DNA of 64,000 nt, taken from positions 429-64,428 of the forward strand of contig JAKLJY010000036.1 in the NCBI GenBank assembly GCA_023150895.1, given 5' to 3'. Positions 61,177 to 64,000 of this stretch are shown piece by piece; position 1 is the first letter of the stretch; each line of letters starts with the position of its first letter. Both the position numbers and the translations under genes were made by a program. The DNA comes from Myxococcota bacterium (GTDB taxonomy: Bacteria > Myxococcota_A > Bradymonadia > UBA7976 > UBA1532). The notes beneath the pieces are model-generated. The model worked only from the letters and a program-made list of their open reading frames with translations, was not told the origin of the DNA and ran no database searches.

Positions 61177-61976
61177 GGCCACGCCCCGACCCATGTGAGC
61201 CCGCCGTTGCCGGGCAGCACGGCCGTTTTCGCATCGGCGTCCCGCAACCAGAGCCAGGCCGCGAGACCGGCGACACCGAGACCCGTGCCGAGCATCGCGT
61301 ACCCGGAGATGCCATACGTCGTCGCGCGGTCGTCGGCGTCGCGACCCTGCTTCAACGCGGTGGCGTCCGTGCGGTCGCTCGCTTCGAAGCGCGCGTAGGC
61401 CGTGTCCCCCTCGTCGACCGCGCCCCCGGCCGCGACGAGGAGACCGACCCCGCCGAGCAGGAGTGCGGCGCCCCCGCCGGTGGCCACCCAGGCCGGCATC
61501 GACGATGGGTGTTCAGGCTCGGCGGCCGGCGTCGGCGAGACCGGCATCGCAACGGCGGGCGCGGGGGCGGAAGCAGGGGCCGAGGCCGCCCCCGCCGTCT
61601 GGCACAGCGAGACGAGCCCCACCAGCGAGCCCGAGACCCGCGCGCGCTTGGCGGGCTCGGCGTCCGGCCGGGCGATGAACGCTTGAAACGCGGCCACCGC
61701 GCGGCAGGCGCTCTCCGGCGTCGCCCGCTTCTCGTGCGCCCGGCCCTGTCCGTACAGGGCGAGCGTGCGCAGCGGGTCGTCGGGCGCCATCTGCGCGACG
61801 AGCGCGTCGAAGAGCGCCGCGGCCTGCGTCGCCTCTCCGGCCTGTGCGGCCGCAACCGCACGCTCATAGGCGATCTCGGTGGCTGGTCCGCCCTGCGCCC
61901 CGGCTGCTCCCGGGCACGCGGCGAACGCACCGCCGACTGCGACGCGGAAGAGCCGTCTTGTGGAGATCTTCGACAC
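61173..61976 (-). CDS. Exported protein with helical-repeat N-domain and two C-terminal hydrophobic helices
   Basis: Signal-like RLFRVAVGGAFAACPGAAGAQ. A TPR-like helix pair, a Pro/Ala linker, then WVATGGGAALLLGGVGLLVAAGG and AMLGTGLGVAGLAAWLWL. Confidence 0.6.
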   Translation of the reverse strand: MSKISTRRLFRVAVGGAFAACPGAAGAQGGPATEIAYERAVAAAQAGEATQAAALFDALVAQMAPDDPLRTLALYGQGRAHEKRATPESACRAVAAFQAFIARPDAEPAKRARVSGSLVGLVSLCQTAGAASAPASAPAPAVAMPVSPTPAAEPEHPSSMPAWVATGGGAALLLGGVGLLVAAGGAVDEGDTAYARFEASDRTDATALKQGRDADDRATTYGISGYAMLGTGLGVAGLAAWLWLRDADAKTAVLPGNGGLTWVGAWP

Positions 61977-62151
61977 GGCAAGAAGCCCCTGACGCCTGTA
62001 CGAACGGGGTCAACATGGCCGCGGTCGGGGGCTTCGGTCAACCCGAAATCGCCGCCCACGCGCCGCGCGCGTTGCCGACGCCGCGCGGGCCATGGTATCG
62101 CCGCCAGACTGAAGGCAAGGCGGCGCGCGGCCCCCCCGCAGGCCGCCCGAA

Positions 62152-62604
62152 GTGCAGCGCGCTCGCGTCGAAGAGTGTGTCGACGCCCTCGTCGCGCTCA
62201 CCGCGCGCGAGAACGAAGCCATCGCCGGCGTCCTCGACGTGCTGCGCGTCGAGTATGGCGTCGACGCGCCGGGCAACGCGCTCGCCGACTTCCCCGCGAT
62301 GGCCAGTGACGCGTTCGTCGCCGAAGTCCGGAAGCGGCGCCCGCGGTCGACGGGCCCCATGGCGCCCGCCGCGCTCAAGCACCTGCGTGGGTTGTACGAC
62401 TCGGAGGTCCCGGCGCTGCTTCGGGCCCGAGCGGAGGCGCGCGCGCTCGAGGCCGTCGTCGCCGCTCAGGTACACGCCGCCTGGGGCCTCACCCCCGCAG
62501 AACTCGAACTTCTGCTCGAAACGGCGCCCCCCCGCATGCCACCGGGTCTGACGCCTGCCGTTCAGGGCGACCCCGCAGCACCGGGGCCGCAAGCGTCCCG
62601 TTGA
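62152..62604 (+). CDS. Orphan ORF resembling the C-terminal tail of a type IIG / BREX-type DNA methyltransferase (possible gene remnant)
   Basis: High GC3. The pattern DAFVAEVRKRR...LKHLRGLYDSEVP...EARALEAVVAAQVHAAWGLTPAELELLLE resembles the helical tail ending in LYGLTxEE of such enzymes. No methyltransferase core lies upstream. Confidence 0.4.
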   Translation: MQRARVEECVDALVALTARENEAIAGVLDVLRVEYGVDAPGNALADFPAMASDAFVAEVRKRRPRSTGPMAPAALKHLRGLYDSEVPALLRARAEARALEAVVAAQVHAAWGLTPAELELLLETAPPRMPPGLTPAVQGDPAAPGPQASR

Positions 62605-62731
62605 GCACCGGACGCCGCGCTCCCGCGGCGCGTGACGGCCTATACCGCGCGGCCGGTCGCAGCACCGCCGCAAGCACGTCCCGGCGCGCCCGCGCGGGCC
62701 GTCCGGCGTCGAGAATCAGGAATTTCCTGAC

Positions 62732-63880
62732 TCAGCCCCCACACCCGTTCTCCGAGGTCACCGTCTGACCCTCGACGGGCATGCCATCCCCCGGCACGTC
62801 GGCGAAGCCCATCGGAATGCTGTTGCAGAAGGCCCGGCCGCAGGCCTCTTGCCGCTCGACGTGCGCGTGGGGGCCCGTCGACCAGCCCGTGCTGCCCGAG
62901 TCGCCGATGTGTTGACCCTGCGAGATCTCGGCGCCGACGCCGACGTGGACGGCGTTGAGGTGGGCGTAGAGCGTCTGACTGCCGTCCGGGTGGGCGACGA
63001 CGACGTAGTTCGCGTCGTTGATACACTCCGGACCGCCGCCGTCGTAGCAGGGGTGGCCGGGCTGCGTGCCGGCGTAGGCGTGCACGACGGTGCCCGGTTT
63101 GACCGACCGCATCGGCGTGCCGAGGCCCATGCTGAAGTCGTACGCCCACGCGCCGCGGCCGTTGTGGCTGAACGGTGAGTTGTTGCCCTGCGTCACGACG
63201 AACGACTCGCCGCAGCCGAACGGCAGCAGAAACACATCGTCGCGCTCGCCGGGCATCGCCGGGCCGATGCACTGCGCCCAGGTGCCGGCGACGAACCCGC
63301 GCAGGCCGCCGCGCTCGACCTCGTACCAGGTCGCGTTGCCGTCGACGTCCTGCCCCTGCACGATGGCGAGCACGTTCGCCACGCTCCCGTCCGGCAGGTT
63401 GCCGAGCGGCGCCCCGTTCGTCGATGGATCCGGTCGGACGTTGAGGCCGATGCCGCCGGTGTTCACCACGCGGATCCGCGGGCAGTCGGCGAGGGGGTCG
63501 GGCGGGGGCGGGGGCGGCGCCGCGGCGTCCGGATCCGGCGGCGGGGGCAGCGCGGCGTCGGGATCGGTGACGGGCGGCGGCGTCGAACCACCGGCCCCGC
63601 CGTCGAAGTCCGTCTCGGGGGGGCCCGGCGGGGTGTCACCTCCGTCACCGGTGTCGTGTCCCGTGGCACCGGTGCCGCCGGGGTCGCCGAAGGTCAGCGC
63701 GTCCTGTTCGAGGTCGAGTCCGGACCCGCCCGTCCCGTCGCCGCCCGTCTCACCGAAGAGGAACGCGCCGTCGGCGTCGTCGGCGGACGAGCCCGACTCG
63801 AGCGCGCCCTCGCCACAGGCGCTTGCGAGCGCCGCGAGCAGGAACAAAGGCTGGAAACCGGAGTGCGTGCAGGAGCTCAT
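62732..63880 (-). CDS. M23-family metallopeptidase lipoprotein with SH3-like domain
   Basis: Lipobox LAALASAC. Low-complexity Gly/Asp/Pro linker. SH3b-like LNVRPDPSTNGAPLGNLPDGSVANVLAI..WYEV. M23 motifs: AYDFSMGLGTPMRSVKPGTVV, VVVAHPDGSQTLYAHL and GSTGWSTGPHAHVE. Confidence 0.85.
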   Translation of the reverse strand: MSSCTHSGFQPLFLLAALASACGEGALESGSSADDADGAFLFGETGGDGTGGSGLDLEQDALTFGDPGGTGATGHDTGDGGDTPPGPPETDFDGGAGGSTPPPVTDPDAALPPPPDPDAAAPPPPPPDPLADCPRIRVVNTGGIGLNVRPDPSTNGAPLGNLPDGSVANVLAIVQGQDVDGNATWYEVERGGLRGFVAGTWAQCIGPAMPGERDDVFLLPFGCGESFVVTQGNNSPFSHNGRGAWAYDFSMGLGTPMRSVKPGTVVHAYAGTQPGHPCYDGGGPECINDANYVVVAHPDGSQTLYAHLNAVHVGVGAEISQGQHIGDSGSTGWSTGPHAHVERQEACGRAFCNSIPMGFADVPGDGMPVEGQTVTSENGCGG

Positions 63881-63928
63881 GCGTCGAACGGTGCGGGAAA
63901 CCCGCGTGCCGTGCAAGGGCGGGCGTCA

Positions 63929-64000
63929 GCCGTCGTACGTCAACGAGACGCCGAAGAACGGATAACCGGGGTAGTTGCGCAACTGCCCATACGGGTTGAT
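63929..64000 (-). CDS. 3' end of a gene continuing beyond the window
   Basis: The minus-strand frame reads ..INPYGQLRNYPGYPFFGVSLTYDG-stop. Only 23 codons are visible. Confidence 0.35.

Overview
This is a 64-kb, very GC-rich bacterial chromosomal segment. It is almost certainly from a myxobacterium (Myxococcota), because it encodes a MYXO-CTERM-type sorting tail, MopE-like Cys-rich repeats, and many lipoproteins plus PEGA, TPR, VWA and M23 proteins. I support about 45 protein-coding genes. I found no rRNA, tRNA or CRISPR array. All calls rest on reading the six-frame translations for motifs; no database search was run. Start codons were re-picked by eye from signal peptides, Shine-Dalgarno-like motifs and ATGA/GTGA stop-start overlaps. 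Many long ORFs in the track are GC-driven shadow frames or upstream extensions and were discarded.

Housekeeping genes:
- pabB, lpxC and purE-purK.
- Two long acyl-CoA dehydrogenases.
- An RluA-type pseudouridine synthase and a 5'-nucleotidase.
- gap and pgk, here fused into one ORF.

Most interesting content:
1. 17.4-25.8 kb: a six-gene, translationally coupled cluster. It encodes three multihaem c-type cytochromes (23 + 13 + 23 CXXCH motifs), a His-rich polytopic membrane protein, a putative outer-membrane beta-barrel and a membrane-anchored Fe-S/FAD oxidoreductase. It resembles a porin-cytochrome electron conduit with its own reductase module.
2. An in-frame GAPDH-PGK fusion.
3. A VWA / VIT-VWA / beta-propeller / beta-helix-lipoprotein operon. 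Its last gene is frameshifted inside a 21-bp tandem repeat.
4. A compositionally atypical 1625-aa lipoprotein gene (CarboxypepD_reg-like domains plus pentapeptide repeats). Its signal peptide appears cut off by an ISKra4-family IS.
5. A 3 x 46-bp non-coding tandem repeat upstream of an HNH endonuclease gene.
6. A TldD / histidine kinase / PP2C / PEGA operon joined by overlapping stop-start codons.
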